Shown here one piece after another: positions 19,225 to 30,269 of a stretch of 64,000 nucleotides of DNA. The stretch is from Phycisphaerae bacterium (GTDB lineage Bacteria > Planctomycetota > Phycisphaerae > UBA1845 > Fen-1342): the NCBI GenBank assembly GCA_050115495.1, contig JASFQK010000024.1, forward strand, positions 31,039 through 95,038. The letters run 5' to 3'. The stretch's first letter is position 1; each line of letters starts with the position of its first letter. The notes below the pieces were generated by a model. It saw only the letters and a program-made list of their open reading frames with translations, was not told the origin of the DNA and searched no databases. A program made the position numbers and the translations under genes.

Positions 19225-19791
19225 ATGGCGAGCGAAATCGAGGTCAAATTCCGGCTTTCCACACCGCAGGGGCTGCGACGCCGCCTGCAAGAACGGGCTG
19301 CTGCGCCCGCGGGGCAGGTCACCGAGGTCAACCGGATGTTCGATACGGCGGACCGGCGTCTGCTGGCGGCCGACAGCGGGTTGCGGGTGCGCACCTGCCG
19401 GGCGGAGGGCGGCGCGACGTCGCACACGCTGACGTACAAGGGGCCACGCCGCGGCGGGCCGCTGAAGGTGCGCGAGGAGATCGAGGTCACCGTGGGTGAT
19501 CCGGCCGCCCTCGGCGGCGTCCTGGCCCGGCTCGGCCTGCGGGAGGTCGTCACGTTCGAGAAGCACCGCGAGACCTGGCGCGTGGCCGACTGCACGGTGA
19601 CGCTGGACGAGTTGCCGGTCCTGGGCTGGTACGCCGAGATCGAGGGCCCGTCAGCGGAGTGCGTACAGGGGGTCCGGGCGGATCTGGACCTGGCGGACAC
19701 GCCGGCGGTGGAGGAAACGTACGTGCACCTCGCCGCCGCCCACGGCGTCACGGACGCCGACGGGTGCGTTCGCCTACTGTTCGAACCGTAA
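19225..19791 (+). CDS. CYTH-domain protein (class IV adenylate cyclase-like)
   Basis: EIEVKF, LRVR, LTYKGP, KVREEIE, FEKHRE, LDELP..AEIEG. Confidence 0.9.
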   Translation: MASEIEVKFRLSTPQGLRRRLQERAAAPAGQVTEVNRMFDTADRRLLAADSGLRVRTCRAEGGATSHTLTYKGPRRGGPLKVREEIEVTVGDPAALGGVLARLGLREVVTFEKHRETWRVADCTVTLDELPVLGWYAEIEGPSAECVQGVRADLDLADTPAVEETYVHLAAAHGVTDADGCVRLLFEP

Positions 19792-19884
19792 CACCGACTG
19801 TGGGAGCCGTGCAGGAAGCAGAAGAAGGGCCGTCGCGTGGCGGCGGCCCTTCCGGTTACGCGGAGCCCGCGGACCAGACCCGGC

Positions 19885-21060
19885 CTAGCGACGACGCCAC
19901 GCCGCCAACCCGACGAGAGCCAGGAGCACTACCGTAGCCGGCTCCGGGACACAGTACGTGGACAGGTCCCAGTCCTTCACGTTGCCGGCGAGCGTGAAGT
20001 AGCGATCGTCGGGGAACACGATCCGCTCCCAGTCCGGCTGGTAATCCAGATCCCAGTAGAACCGGAGCTGACCGCCGTCAGCGGATTCGAGCACTTCGGT
20101 CGGCAGCCACTCCGTGCCGGTGTCGTCGACGAGGCGGACATCCTCCTGCCGCCCCAGAATGCGGTCGGTGTAGTCGACGAGGAGCCATATTTCCTTCTCG
20201 TTCTCCTCGACATACTGGTTGTCGACGTGGAAGGTGTTGTCGTCCACCCAGGACGGATCGTCGTAGACGTCTTTGAGCGAGCCGGCCTCGCGGAAGTCGG
20301 CGTTCCAGACGCCGTCCTGGTCGGTGTCGCTGCTGAACCAGGCCACATCGTATTGGGACATCGCGTATTGCGGCTTGTTGAGACCGTCGCACAACGTGAT
20401 GTAGGACTGGGCAGTCCACGCCTGGTAGTCGGACAAGTCCCAGCCACCGGCCGCCGGGAAGCTGTTCGTATACACGTCATTGCTGACGACGCCCGGGGCG
20501 GTGCGATCGGAGTCGTGCCAGACGGACTGCGAGCCGAGGCCGTTGTCGTAGTTGCCGCCGACGAGCGTCATGCAATGTGGCGGGTAGTCCCAGCCGACGG
20601 CGACGTACTGGCAGCGAGCGAGCTCATCGAGCAGGAAGTTGTAGTCGGGCCGGCCCAGCGGCGGGTCATACTGATACACGGCGGTCACATCCGTGTAGCC
20701 GTTGAGCGGGCGGTACTCGACCGAGTCCGGGTTCTTGCCGTAGGTGTAAAGCCAGTAGTTGATGGCCCGATCGGCCCAGCCCAGGTTGTTCCAGCCGAGA
20801 TCGGTGATGAGCTGGTTGTAGATGCTCTGGGCGCGCAGTTGGGCCGAGGCGCCCGTCCCGTAGCCGGCCCCGCCGAGCAGGTTGGCGGCGGCCGCCTGCC
20901 AGCAACTGTTGTCGCCGGCGTCGGGCCAGCCCGGCAGCTCGGGCCGGTCGAGCTTATTCACGTCGGGCACGTCTTTGAACACGTCCCAGTCGTCTCCGCC
21001 GAGTGCCCCGGCGGCCAGCAGGCCGACGACAGCCAATGCCATGAAACCTCTGCTGATCAT
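19885..21060 (-). CDS. Secreted PEP-CTERM protein with papain-like (IdeS/Mac-like) cysteine peptidase motifs
   Basis: AGGAGG SD; signal peptide; DNSCWQAAAANLL and HCMTLVG motifs; C-terminal VPEPATVVLLALVGLAAWRRR. Confidence 0.8.
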   Translation of the reverse strand: MISRGFMALAVVGLLAAGALGGDDWDVFKDVPDVNKLDRPELPGWPDAGDNSCWQAAAANLLGGAGYGTGASAQLRAQSIYNQLITDLGWNNLGWADRAINYWLYTYGKNPDSVEYRPLNGYTDVTAVYQYDPPLGRPDYNFLLDELARCQYVAVGWDYPPHCMTLVGGNYDNGLGSQSVWHDSDRTAPGVVSNDVYTNSFPAAGGWDLSDYQAWTAQSYITLCDGLNKPQYAMSQYDVAWFSSDTDQDGVWNADFREAGSLKDVYDDPSWVDDNTFHVDNQYVEENEKEIWLLVDYTDRILGRQEDVRLVDDTGTEWLPTEVLESADGGQLRFYWDLDYQPDWERIVFPDDRYFTLAGNVKDWDLSTYCVPEPATVVLLALVGLAAWRRR

Positions 21061-21543
21061 GTCTTCCTCCTCGTCCTCGTGGACGAACACCCCCGGTTCC
21101 GTCACGTGAACCGGTTTCCTGCCGCGCGATTTCGGCAGGCCCCTCATCCGCTCGAAGGCCGCGGGGTCAATGCCCCGCGCTCTGCGTGGGACGCGCGACG
21201 CCAGCAACGCGCTTGCAGCACATGCGTCCAACGACACGCCTACGCACCGAGGAGTGCGCCATCACCAATGAACAACCGGGTGGACAGGTCGAACGGCCTC
21301 TCACCCACTCACAGAAATGCAGCTCCCGTCCGAAGGAACGGGAACGTGACGTCCGCGCTCGCCGAACTCAGCAACGCCGGGAGCTTCGGCACGCCCTTCA
21401 GTCGCGAGCCGTCACCGGCCGGCGGAGGCGGACTCGAACCGGCCGAACGTCTCGACATTCTCGGCATACAGTACGCTTCTGCCGGCCGCGTGGAATCCGC
21501 ATGTGGGCCGTCGGCTATTCAGCCAATGCGCCGGCCGGCGTTT

Positions 21544-21903
21544 TCAGACCTCACCGCGCTGGGGCGATTGCAGGCGACCCATTTCGTCGGCGGTGGAAAG
21601 GGCAAGGTGCTCTGCGAAGACGCGCACGAGGAGACCGGCCCGGCTGCGCACGTCGAGCTTGTGGTAGACACGCTCCAGGTGCGTGTGCACAGTGTGCGCG
21701 GAGATTCTCAAGGCGCGGGCGATCGCTGCCTCGGTTTGATCCTGGAAGATGCACTGGAGGATCTGTAGTTCACGTTCAGACAAGCGCAGGGCCTGGCCGA
21801 GGCGAGACCACTGCGCGTCGGTCAGGATCTCCTGCCCCTGCTCAGGAACCCAGTTCCCCCCGCGCCCCGGCTGTAACTCCGAACGCGGCGGTTCAGCGGC
21901 CAT
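21544..21903 (-). CDS. Stand-alone LuxR-type HTH regulator
   Basis: LSERELQIL..AIARALRISAHTVHTHLERVYHKLDVRSR. Start uncertain. Confidence 0.88.
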   Translation of the reverse strand: MAAEPPRSELQPGRGGNWVPEQGQEILTDAQWSRLGQALRLSERELQILQCIFQDQTEAAIARALRISAHTVHTHLERVYHKLDVRSRAGLLVRVFAEHLALSTADEMGRLQSPQRGEV

Positions 21904-22124
21904 GACATACCCCTCATCATCCCGGGAAGGCATTGGCGGCTGGGTTCGGTCGCCGTCATGGGCCGGCGCCGGGCACCACAGACGTGCTGCCGCATACCGC
22001 CCGGGACATGTTGTCCATACGCAGGTCTGAAGCTGGGCTCCCTCAAGCCCGGTCGAACTGCGCCCGAATCATAAAGTGCATATTAAACCCCCGAAACGGC
22101 ACGTCAAGACTAAGTGCGCAAACC

Positions 22125-23069
22125 TTATGAACAACTGGCCCGAACACGGAGCATTCCGGCCAGCCAGCGGCGCAGCGCGCCGTCGTCCCCGACCAACTGC
22201 CCAAAGCGGATGATCGATGACTGAATGGCTCCGCGACCCACCTTGGCCCGCTCCGGATCACGCTCCGCCCGGGCCAGCGTCATCGCGCCCCAGGCGATCG
22301 GCAGACCACAGAACGACCGCAGGCCGGCGGCATGAGCCGGCAACGCCAAAACGAACTCCACACCCTTCTGGAGGCTCTGCCGGGCCTCATTCAGCACGGC
22401 CCGGTAAATCTCCGCCGACGAAACCTCGTTGCCCACCGGCGTAGGCAGATAGCGGCGACCTTGCTGGGAATCCTTTAGGGCGTCTTTGAGGATATTGACG
22501 AGCTGAAGTCCGATACCCAATTCGACCGCCAACTCGCGCAGGTTGGTCAGCGCTGGGATGCGCAGGAAGTGCGCCATCATCCGACAGAGCATCTCCCCGA
22601 CGACGCCGGCCACGTAGTAGCAGTACTCGCGCAGCTCCCCGGCGTCGCGGATGGCGGGATAGGGCGCCCCACGGGCCGCGGCCCGCTCGGCAAGCTCCCC
22701 CACGCCCGTGATCATCTTCCGGGCACATTCGCGGACGGCCGCCCCATGCTCGGCGTCGAGGGCAGCGATCCGGGACAGGACCTCACGCATCTGGGCCATC
22801 AGCCGGCGCTCGGCGGGAATCTCCCCGATCGGCCGGGCTAGGCTGTCCGGCACGTCCACCGCCGGATCGTCCAGAACCGCCATCAGGCTGGCGAAATGCT
22901 CGCGTCGCTCGGCGGCGGAGAGTTCCGGGGCGTCCTCGATGGTGTCCACGATGCGCATGAGCAGGTAGGCCAGCCCGACCGGGTCGGCCAGGCCGCGCGG
23001 CAACATCGGGATCAGAATCGCGTAAGTGCGCGAGACGCCCTTCAGGTGCTCGGCGATGAAGCTGTCCAT
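22125..23069 (-). CDS. Squalene/phytoene synthase family protein
   Basis: VSRTYA, YLLMRIVDTIED, YCYYVAGVVG, GLQLVNILKD, GRRYLP. Confidence 0.9.
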   Translation of the reverse strand: MDSFIAEHLKGVSRTYAILIPMLPRGLADPVGLAYLLMRIVDTIEDAPELSAAERREHFASLMAVLDDPAVDVPDSLARPIGEIPAERRLMAQMREVLSRIAALDAEHGAAVRECARKMITGVGELAERAAARGAPYPAIRDAGELREYCYYVAGVVGEMLCRMMAHFLRIPALTNLRELAVELGIGLQLVNILKDALKDSQQGRRYLPTPVGNEVSSAEIYRAVLNEARQSLQKGVEFVLALPAHAAGLRSFCGLPIAWGAMTLARAERDPERAKVGRGAIQSSIIRFGQLVGDDGALRRWLAGMLRVRASCS

Positions 23070-23119
23070 GGCTCGCGCCGCCCGCTCCCGGCTGTTTGGT
23101 CCCCCAGTCCGTCCGTCCG

Positions 23120-25114
23120 CTACGAATCCTTACGGATGGTACGCGAGACCTCACGCGGTGTCGAGCGAATGGCATCCGCACCCTCACGGGCGGCCCGGAC
23201 GGCCCGGCGCACCACCGCGGCGATGCCCGCCGCGTCGATGCCGGCCGAGGCCAACTGGGCACTGCGGGCCCCGTGGGCGTAGAAGTCGTTTTCCGCCAGG
23301 CCGAGTCTGATTACGTTCTCGGTCGGCAGGCCGAGGCGGTTGGCCGTCTCCAGAACGGCGCTGCCGAAGCCGCCGGACACGGAGTGGTCCTCGACGGTGA
23401 CCACCGGCGTGCCGCGGGTAATCGCCGTGGTGACCATGTCGGCGTCGATCGGCTTGGCGAAGCGAGCGTTGACGACGGTGATGAAGATGTCGTCCTGCTC
23501 CAGCGTGCGGGCGGCGTCGAGGGCGAACTGCACCTCGGAGCCGTAGGCCAGGACGGTCGCGTCCGGCCCCTCCCGCATGACCCGGGATTTGCCCAGGTAG
23601 AACGGGGGTGTCTCGCCGTACGGCGTCGGCACCGTGTCCCGCGGGTAGCGCATGGCGAACGGCCCGTCGAGCTTCAGCCCGAAGCGCAGGGCGGCGAGCA
23701 GCTCGGGCTCGTCCGCCGGGGCCATGAGGACCATGCGCTGGAACGGGCGGAGGAAGGCGATATCGAGGTAGCCGTGGTGCACGGCGCCGTCACCGCCGAC
23801 CACGCCGGCCCGGTCGATGCACAGGCCCACGGGCAACCCTTGCAGGACGAACTCCTGGAAGACCTGGTCAAAGGCTCGCTGGAGGAACGTTGAGTAGATG
23901 CAGGCCAGCGGGCGCAGGCCGGACTTGGCCATGCCGGCGGCGACGTCCACGGTGCAGCTTTCGGCGATGCCGCAGTCGAGCACCTGCTCCGGGAACTCGT
24001 TGCGCACCTGGGCCAGGCCGGTGCCATCGGGCATGGCGGCGGTGAGGGCGTGGACGCGGGGATCCTCGCGCATAATCTCGATGACCGCCCCTGCCAACGC
24101 GCTGGTCCAGCTCTTCCGCTCGCTCTTTACCGGTGAGACGGTGTCGCCCGTGACGGTCAGCTTGCCGGGGCTGTGGTAGGCACAGGGATCGGCGGACGCC
24201 CAGTGGCAGCCGCGGCCCTTCTCCGTATGCACGTGCAGCAGGACGGGATGCGGAACGTCTTTGAGCAGCGCGAGAATCTCGGTGAGACTGCGGAGATCGT
24301 GGCCGTCGACGGGGCCGAGGTACATGAAGCCGAGCTGCTCGAAGATCTGCTCGGGCGAAACCGAGGCCTTGATGCTGCGCTTCAGGTGCTCGAGGGCGCC
24401 GTAGACGCTCTTGCCGACGAGCGGCACGCGAGGCAGCGCCGCCTCGACCTGCGCCTTGGCCTCGCCGTAAATGCTGCTGGTGCGGAAGCGGGCCAGGTAC
24501 TTCGCCAGACCGCCCTGCGTCTTCGAGATGCCCATCGAGTTGTCGTTGAGCACGACGAGGAACTGGCGGCGGAGCGTGCCGGCCTGGTTGAGCCCCTCGA
24601 AGGCCAGACCGTTGACGATGCTGGCGTCACCGACGAGGGCCACGACGTGGTTCTTCCGGCCGAGGGCGGCATCGCCGCGGGCCAGGCCCGTCGCGGTGGC
24701 GATGGCGGTGCCGGCATGGCCGACGTCGAACAGGTCGTAATCACTTTCGCCCTGGCTCGGAAAACCGCTGAGGCCGCCGGCCTGACGGAGCGTGTGGAAA
24801 CGGGCGGCGCGGCCGGTGACGAGCTTGTGCACGTAGCACTGGTGGCCAACGTCCCACAGCAGGCGGTCGGTGCGGAAATCGAAGACGCGGTGCAGAGCGA
24901 GGGTCAGCTCGACGACGCCGAGATTGCTGGCCAGGTGCCCGCCGCACTGGCAGACGGTTTCGATAATCCGCGTCCGGATCTCGGTCGCCAGCCGCTCGAC
25001 CTGGTCCAGCGGGAGCCGGCGCAGGTCGTCGGGCGATTCGATCGTTTCGAGGATTCTGCTGTTCACGGGGGGCTCCGTTGCATCGGGCGGCCGGACGAGC
25101 CGGTCAATGGTCAC
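23120..25114 (-). CDS. dxs: 1-deoxy-D-xylulose-5-phosphate synthase
   Basis: GGHLASNLGVVELT, WDVGHQCYVHK, GDAS..LNDN, TAAMPDGTG, IYSTFLQRAFDQ, DRAG. Confidence 0.97.
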   Translation of the reverse strand: MTIDRLVRPPDATEPPVNSRILETIESPDDLRRLPLDQVERLATEIRTRIIETVCQCGGHLASNLGVVELTLALHRVFDFRTDRLLWDVGHQCYVHKLVTGRAARFHTLRQAGGLSGFPSQGESDYDLFDVGHAGTAIATATGLARGDAALGRKNHVVALVGDASIVNGLAFEGLNQAGTLRRQFLVVLNDNSMGISKTQGGLAKYLARFRTSSIYGEAKAQVEAALPRVPLVGKSVYGALEHLKRSIKASVSPEQIFEQLGFMYLGPVDGHDLRSLTEILALLKDVPHPVLLHVHTEKGRGCHWASADPCAYHSPGKLTVTGDTVSPVKSERKSWTSALAGAVIEIMREDPRVHALTAAMPDGTGLAQVRNEFPEQVLDCGIAESCTVDVAAGMAKSGLRPLACIYSTFLQRAFDQVFQEFVLQGLPVGLCIDRAGVVGGDGAVHHGYLDIAFLRPFQRMVLMAPADEPELLAALRFGLKLDGPFAMRYPRDTVPTPYGETPPFYLGKSRVMREGPDATVLAYGSEVQFALDAARTLEQDDIFITVVNARFAKPIDADMVTTAITRGTPVVTVEDHSVSGGFGSAVLETANRLGLPTENVIRLGLAENDFYAHGARSAQLASAGIDAAGIAAVVRRAVRAAREGADAIRSTPREVSRTIRKDS

Positions 25115-26024
25115 GGGCGATCACGTAGCGGGCCATTTCGCGAAGACGATCAGCACGCTCGCCAAACATGTCGACGGCGGCCAGGGCGGCGGCCACCTCC
25201 TCGTGCGCCCGGCGGCGGCTCGCTTCGGTGCCGTGGGCGGCGGGGTAGGTCTGCTTGGCCGCGGCGGCGTCTTTGCCGACCTGCTTGCCCAGGGCCGCGG
25301 TCGAGCCGGTCACATCCAACAAATCATCGGTGATCTGAAACGCCAATCCTAAGTGGCGGCCGTAGTCGCTTACCGCCTCGCGGGCCGCGGCATCGGCCCC
25401 GGCGCACAAAGCGCCCATCCGACACGTGGCCTCGATCAATCGGGCGGTCTTGTGCAAGTGGATGTACTCCACCAGGGTGGCGTCGGTCGGCCGCTCTTCG
25501 CCGTCCACGTCGGCGCCCTGGCCCTCGACCATCCCCAGGGCTCCGGCCGCCAGGGCCTGACCGAGAGACGCGGCCAACTCCGCCGGATACGCCTCCAGCA
25601 GCAGCGCGAACGCATGCGTGGCCAGCCAGTCGCCGGCGAGAATCGCCATGGCCTCGCCGAAGACCTTGTGGTTGGAGGGCTGCCCGCGGCGGAGATCGTC
25701 GTCGTCCATGGCCGGCAGATCGTCGTGGATGAGCGAAAATGCGTGCACGCACTCCACGGCGATACCGGCGGTCAGGGCGACCACTTCGACGCCGCCGCAA
25801 CAGCGACAGCACTCCATCAGTAATACCGGGCGAAAACGCTTCCCGGGCAGCGCCACTGAATACCGTACGGCTTCACCCAGGCGACTGTGCGTCCCAAGTG
25901 AAGTTTCCAGCTTTTTCAAATGCGTTGTGATCGCCGCGTTGACGCGGGCCAGCGCACCCGCATACCACTCCAGCCCGACCGGCACCCCCGGCGAACTCGC
26001 GGCGCGCTCCGTACTGACGTTCAC
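25104..26024 (-). CDS. ispA: Farnesyl/geranylgeranyl diphosphate synthase
   Basis: GKRFRP, SLIHDDLPAMDDDDLRRG, AILAGD, HKTARL, FQITDDLLD, GKQVGKD. Start approximate (GTG 26024). Confidence 0.92.
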   Translation of the reverse strand: MNVSTERAASSPGVPVGLEWYAGALARVNAAITTHLKKLETSLGTHSRLGEAVRYSVALPGKRFRPVLLMECCRCCGGVEVVALTAGIAVECVHAFSLIHDDLPAMDDDDLRRGQPSNHKVFGEAMAILAGDWLATHAFALLLEAYPAELAASLGQALAAGALGMVEGQGADVDGEERPTDATLVEYIHLHKTARLIEATCRMGALCAGADAAAREAVSDYGRHLGLAFQITDDLLDVTGSTAALGKQVGKDAAAAKQTYPAAHGTEASRRRAHEEVAAALAAVDMFGERADRLREMARYVIARDH

Positions 26025-26169
26025 AGCTTGGCCAGCTCCTCGGCGGCTCGTCGGCCCGACGACCCCAATCCAAACAACGCAGCATAATGGCGGACGGGCC
26101 GGCTTGCCAACCCCCGGCCGCTCCGATAATGTCGCACCCGCCACACATAAGGGCCATTGTTTCGCATCC

Positions 26170-26754
26170 ATGAACCCACGGCTGACACCCGATTTCGTCC
26201 TCAGCGGCTACCGCGCCGGCGTCTTTCCCATGGCCGACGACGCCGGCGACATCTACTGGTACAGCCCCGACCCGCGGACGATCTTCGACCTCGAGGGCTT
26301 CAAGGTCTCCCGTTCGCTGCGCAAGACCATTCAGCGAGAGGTGTTCGAGGTCCGAGTCGATACGGCGTTTGATGAGGTGATCGCCGCCTGCGCCGACCGC
26401 CCGGAGGGCACGTGGATCTCGACGAGGATCATGAAGGTGTACTCCGCCCTGCATCGGGCGGGACACGCCCATTCGGTCGAGTCGTGGCAGGAGGGGCGGC
26501 TGGCAGGCGGACTGTACGGCGTGAGCATCGGCGGGGCGTTCTTCGGCGAGTCGATGTTCTATCGCGTGACGGACGCGTCGAAGGTAGCGCTGGCGGCGTT
26601 GGTGACGCGGCTGCGCGAGCGGGGGTTCAGGCTGCTCGACACGCAATGGACGACGCGGCACCTCGAGCAGTTCGGCGTGATCGAGGTGTCCCGCCGGGTG
26701 TACCTCTCGCTATTGCGGCGCGCCCTGGCACGGCCGTGCACGTTCGTGGATTGA
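26170..26754 (+). CDS. aat: Leucyl/phenylalanyl-tRNA--protein transferase
   Basis: YRAGVFPM, WYSPDPR, GTWI, HAHSVE, GGLYGV, FFGESMF, DASKVAL, LLDTQ. Confidence 0.95.
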   Translation: MNPRLTPDFVLSGYRAGVFPMADDAGDIYWYSPDPRTIFDLEGFKVSRSLRKTIQREVFEVRVDTAFDEVIAACADRPEGTWISTRIMKVYSALHRAGHAHSVESWQEGRLAGGLYGVSIGGAFFGESMFYRVTDASKVALAALVTRLRERGFRLLDTQWTTRHLEQFGVIEVSRRVYLSLLRRALARPCTFVD

Positions 26755-26830
26755 GGCGGCGGTGCGGTGTGCGAGACGTTTGTCGCAGGCGACGTCGGCC
26801 ACGGGGGGCCGACGCTACGATGCCGTCCGA

Positions 26831-28801
<1,971 letters not shown>

Positions 28802-28891
28802 GTTGCGACGCTCTCCCAGGTTGTTGTACGTCAGACAGGAAGAGCATGCATTGTTGAGGAAGGTGTGGCGCGGGTCAACGGCGGGAATCCG

Positions 28892-28913
28892 CGGCGGGCA
28901 GAACCCACCCTAC
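28892..28913 (-). repeat. GTAG-type REP-like palindrome, family B
   Basis: GTAGGGTGGGTTCTGCCCGCCG; related copies at 63805-63826 and 63840-63861. Confidence 0.6.
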
Positions 28914-28934
28914 CATGGGCCGGGGTTCGGGCGC

Positions 28935-28972
28935 AATAAACTGGGCGGCCGGCTCCACGTGGCCGACCGCCC
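28935..28972 (-). terminator. Probable intrinsic terminator after small paralogue A
   Basis: GGGCGGTCGGC-8 nt-GCCGGCCGCCC followed by AGTTTATT. Confidence 0.55.
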
Positions 28973-29006
28973 GCGAGAGAAAGATGCGACCTGGTGGCGG
29001 AGCCTG

Positions 29007-29285
29007 TCAGAAGTCGACCCGCACGTCCATTGTGTGGGCCAGGGCCCGAGCCTGATTGACGCCGAGATAGGGGTTTTCACTGATCTTCGTTACGAGCAAC
29101 GGTTCGGAGCCGATCAGGTTGATGGGCGGGTGCCGTGCTGCGCCAAGACCGTCGCCGGGTATGCGCAGCAAGTGACCGCTCCAATTGCACACGTACGTGC
29201 CGGGTCCGCCGATTTCGTCGAAGGGGACGGTTGCCCCGACCACCACGCCGCCGATGATGAGCGACGGATCCTCAAGTCTCGCCAT
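29007..29285 (-). CDS. Small hypothetical protein, paralogue A (92 aa)
   Basis: GGGAGGT SD; VPFD..PG.YVCNW.GHLLR.P...VTKIS..P...DF shared with 29640-29936. Confidence 0.85.
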   Translation of the reverse strand: MARLEDPSLIIGGVVVGATVPFDEIGGPGTYVCNWSGHLLRIPGDGLGAARHPPINLIGSEPLLVTKISENPYLGVNQARALAHTMDVRVDF

Positions 29286-29558
29286 CCGTACTACCTCCCG
29301 GCTCGCGGTGTGAGCGCACCGAGAGCGCGGCTCCTATGGCCCGAATCTTGTTTGTTGCAATGCTCGCGACCCGAACGGCCGGCCGGCCGACGTCCTGTCA
29401 ACCGGTCCGCACGCCGGGTATGGCCCGACTATGGCAGTGGCGCTTGTGACTCGTCGACCGTTACCGGAGTCGAGCGGGCGCTCCGCCCCGCGTCACGACC
29501 GATCCGTTCCTGTGGCAATCAAGGAGGCGCCGAGTTCCACACTGCCTGATGCACACTA

Positions 29559-29587
29559 AGTTTTGCACAGCCTGTTGCGAATGTCAA
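29559..29587 (-). promoter_or_regulatory. Sigma70-like promoter for paralogue A
   Basis: TTGACA-17 nt-AAAACT with a T-tract immediately upstream. Confidence 0.5.
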
Positions 29588-29639
29588 AAAAAAGACGGCA
29601 AGAGCGCAGAGTACGTCGCGGCGCGGCGTACACGATGCG

Positions 29640-29936
29640 CTAGAAGTCGGCGGTGATGCTGAAGTCGGCGGCGAGGCGCTTCGCTTCGGCGACGGAAACG
29701 TCGGGGTCGTCGCTGATCTTGGTGACCATGAGCGGCGTGCTGCCTACGATGTTGATCGCCGGCGAACTGTCGCGGCTGAGCGCGCCGCGCGGCACGCGCA
29801 GCAGGTGCCCGTCCCAGTTGCAGACGTACGCCCCGGGCGTGTCCACATAATCAAACGGCACCGAGGCTCCGAGAGTGGTCGCGGCGGACTGGGCGTGACG
29901 GCTCACGCTGACGGCGGTCTTCATCTCATCTCTCAT
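29640..29936 (-). CDS. Small hypothetical protein, paralogue B (98 aa)
   Basis: Aligns without gaps to paralogue A over the C-terminal ~75 aa. Confidence 0.85.
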   Translation of the reverse strand: MRDEMKTAVSVSRHAQSAATTLGASVPFDYVDTPGAYVCNWDGHLLRVPRGALSRDSSPAINIVGSTPLMVTKISDDPDVSVAEAKRLAADFSITADF

Positions 29937-30269
29937 AATTCACCCACTACTTGGATACGCAGTCGCTCCAACCGGCGGAGCGATCTGCCGGGAGCGGGGC
30001 TCCCCTGCCAACTCGGCGAAGCTGGACCCGCAAACGCGAGACCCGGGAGGCCCACGGTCAACCTCTCCTGACCGAGCCTTCCCGTCATCCTTATCGGTCG
30101 CGCAAATCTTTCCACTTGAGTTGCCGCCCCGGGGACACGCCGTCGCCGCCCCGTCAGCGTCCGCTTATGCTACGATACGCCCCGCGCGGTGCTGGTTCGG
30201 CCACGATCCGGTGAGAATCGTGTGAATTCCGGGTGTTCCCGCCGCGCTAGTCGACCGGAGACCGGCAGC

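Noticed and set aside
30090..30120. Possible sigma54 (TGG..TTGC) or sigma28 (TCAAG..CCGATAA) promoter upstream of paralogue B
   Set aside because: GG-GC spacing is 8 nt rather than 10, and the sigma28-like spacing is longer than consensus. Not supportable.
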